From: Nemertoderma westbladi
Taxonomy: Eukaryota > Animalia > Xenacoelomorpha
DNA: 64,000 bases
Reading direction: 5' to 3'
Assembly (NCBI GenBank): GCA_032718475.1
Contig: JAUCBJ010000423.1
Coordinates: 7,123-71,122 of the forward strand
Position 1 is the first letter of the stretch. Each line of letters starts with the position of its first letter. Shown here piece after piece: positions 62,351-64,000 of this stretch. Both the position numbers and the translations under genes were made by a program. The notes beneath the pieces are model-generated. The model was not told the origin of the DNA and did no database searches. It worked only from the letters and a program-made list of their open reading frames with translations.

Positions 62351-62490
62351 CTAAACTAGAAGCCTACGGTATCTGAGGTACTCCTAAACTAGAAGCCTAC
62401 GGTATCAGAGGTACTCCTAAACTAAAAGCCTACGGTATCAGAGGTACTCCTAAACTAGAAGCCTACGGTATCAGAGGTACTCCTAAACTA
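62351..62490 (+). repeat. 33-bp tandem repeat x4 inside the LINE RT
   Basis: CTAAACTAGAAGCCTACGGTATCAGAGGTACTC (KLEAYGIRGTP). Confidence 0.9.
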
Positions 62491-63149
62491 CTGACTGATA
62501 ACTATTCCTCGCCTCTAGAACCTCTCATATGTGGAGTCCCGCAAGGTGGCGTACTTTCTCCTCTCCTTTTCTTACTCTATATTAACGACCTACCTAATGC
62601 TACAACCCTAATGTCCACACTATTCGCAGATGATACTACTCTATGCTATTCTAATCACGATTCTAATTAACATATATCTCACACCAATAACCAACTAAAT
62701 AAAGTTGCAGAATGGTTAATGGCTAACCGTCTGTCGCTTAACTTGACCAAAGCAGAATATACCATATTTTCCAATTTAACTAAAGATGCCACCCAAATTC
62801 CAGCACCTCAAATCAATAATCATAAAATAAACTACTCAAACAGTACAAAATTTCTTGGAATTTGGGTGGACAACAAATTATCTTGGAAACCGCATGTTGC
62901 ATATTATATACTTAATAAAATTTCTAGAACGTCCGGGCTATTCTTTCTATAAGTTACGCTATATTTTCCCTCTATATATTCTTCGACAACTCTATTTTAG
63001 TCTAATCCACCCCTACCTACATTACGGACTTCTACTGTAGGGAAGTACTAATGTTACTACACTAAAGCCTCTCCGAATTAAAATCAACAAACTACTCCGT
63101 TGTATAACATTTAGCCACTTTCAGTTCTCCTCTACTCCCATATAAGTCA

Positions 63150-63180
<31 letters not shown>

Positions 63181-64000
63181 GCAGATGGATAATTTATTTG
63201 TCAATATAACATTATTTCAATTACAAATAAAATAAACATTAACAAACAAGCAGCATAATGAATTAATTAATGTCAACAAATTGTAGGTAATTAATAATTA
63301 TTGTTGAAACTATTTAATGCAATCCCAGCCTCGGCTACAGCCGCGCTCACGCCGGTCTCCTGCATCGTCTGTCTCGTTGCCAGCCTAGCCTTCGGCTTCC
63401 GTGCGCCCCGGAGGCACATGATGGAGGAACGGAGGAGGGCGAAACTCAACCGAGTCCTGATGAGGGAGAGAGTCTGCGAGTAGGGAGCATCCCGTTTCGC
63501 CGACAGTAAGAGCGCAATGCGTGTGAGGAGCGCGTGGGCTGAGCGGCTGGCCCCACCAGTTGTAGCAATTACAAAAGGCGAGAAGCCGGCGTGCTCGATG
63601 TCATTGATTCTCTCCTCGTACTTCCTCCGTTTCTCTCGCTCATGTTTGCTGTAAGCAGCATCCACGGAGCGAGGATTGGAGGAGCACAGAGGGTTGAATA
63701 CCTTGACGTCGATATAAACCCGCTCGAAGCGCCCACCCCACAGCCCACTCGCCGCAACGTCCAGACGGGCCTCCGGGTCTACCGTAGCAGATCTCAGGCG
63801 GAAAGACTCGCCCTCGATCGGCTGGAGATGGGGTTCCACCTCAACGTCGTGTGCGACCTCGCTGAGGAGCTCGGCGAGGAAATCGCGGACCTCGTTGTGC
63901 CGCAGGATCGGGTAGGCTCCCATAGGGCAGTGAAGGGAGTGGGAGATGGTGAATACAGCACCGCAGGAGCAGTTGGCGGGCAGCCTCGGGGGCTCCCACC
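63150..64000 (-). mobile_element. 3' end of an RLE-type non-LTR retrotransposon (CRE/HERO-like), continuing beyond the window
   Basis: CSC-x7-H-x3-C knuckle, RHNEVRD, RLDV...YIDVKVFNP, HEREKRRKY, FSPFVIATTGG (ORF ends 63291); AATAAA-containing UTR region and 28-nt poly(A) at 63150-63177. Confidence 0.9.

Larger units (their letters stand above)
60420..63148 (+). pseudogene. Decayed CR1/L2-group LINE ORF2 (APE endonuclease + RT), probably the partner of the ORF1 at 55515
   Basis: IAGDINIDLL, KPTRVT..SLIDHVITN, KPWMT, LNRHFASIG, NNYRPISLLP, YIDLKK.FDT, GVPQGGVLSPLLFLLYINDLP, LFADDTT, KFLGIWVDNKLSW. Confidence 0.9.

Overview
Metazoan (invertebrate-like) genomic DNA, roughly 90% nested transposable elements. 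One host gene is supported: a 4-coding-exon SLCO/OATP organic anion transporter on the minus strand (34432->9615, 647 aa, all splice phases consistent). There are three BEL/Pao LTR retrotransposons. BEL-A (1-8726) is a partial deletion derivative interrupted by a near-intact P-element, with gag abutting a WRN/RNase D-type 3'-5' exonuclease ORF. BEL-B (13445-30940, minus) is a young full-length element in SLCO intron 2, with a piggyBac-like insertion in one LTR. BEL-C (34810-50829) is a decayed full-length element with 2.1-kb LTRs. Also present are a full-length RTE LINE with TSD, a decayed CR1/L2-type LINE, two RLE (CRE/HERO-like) LINE 3' ends, a Gypsy remnant, a tRNA-SINE and a foldback element with inverted 19-bp arrays. 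The most unusual signals are in the BEL elements. BEL-C carries ten dispersed copies of a frame-independent, covarying 20-nt hairpin, plus an intron-preceded accessory gene encoding a CxxC..CxxH protein with an RS/SP-rich basic tail (a possible Rev/RRE-like or packaging system). BEL-A carries an exonuclease cargo gene. Neither full-length element has a tRNA primer-binding site, and BEL-C has a Pol III tRNA-like cassette in its LTR. All family assignments come from motif recognition by eye; no database searches were run.
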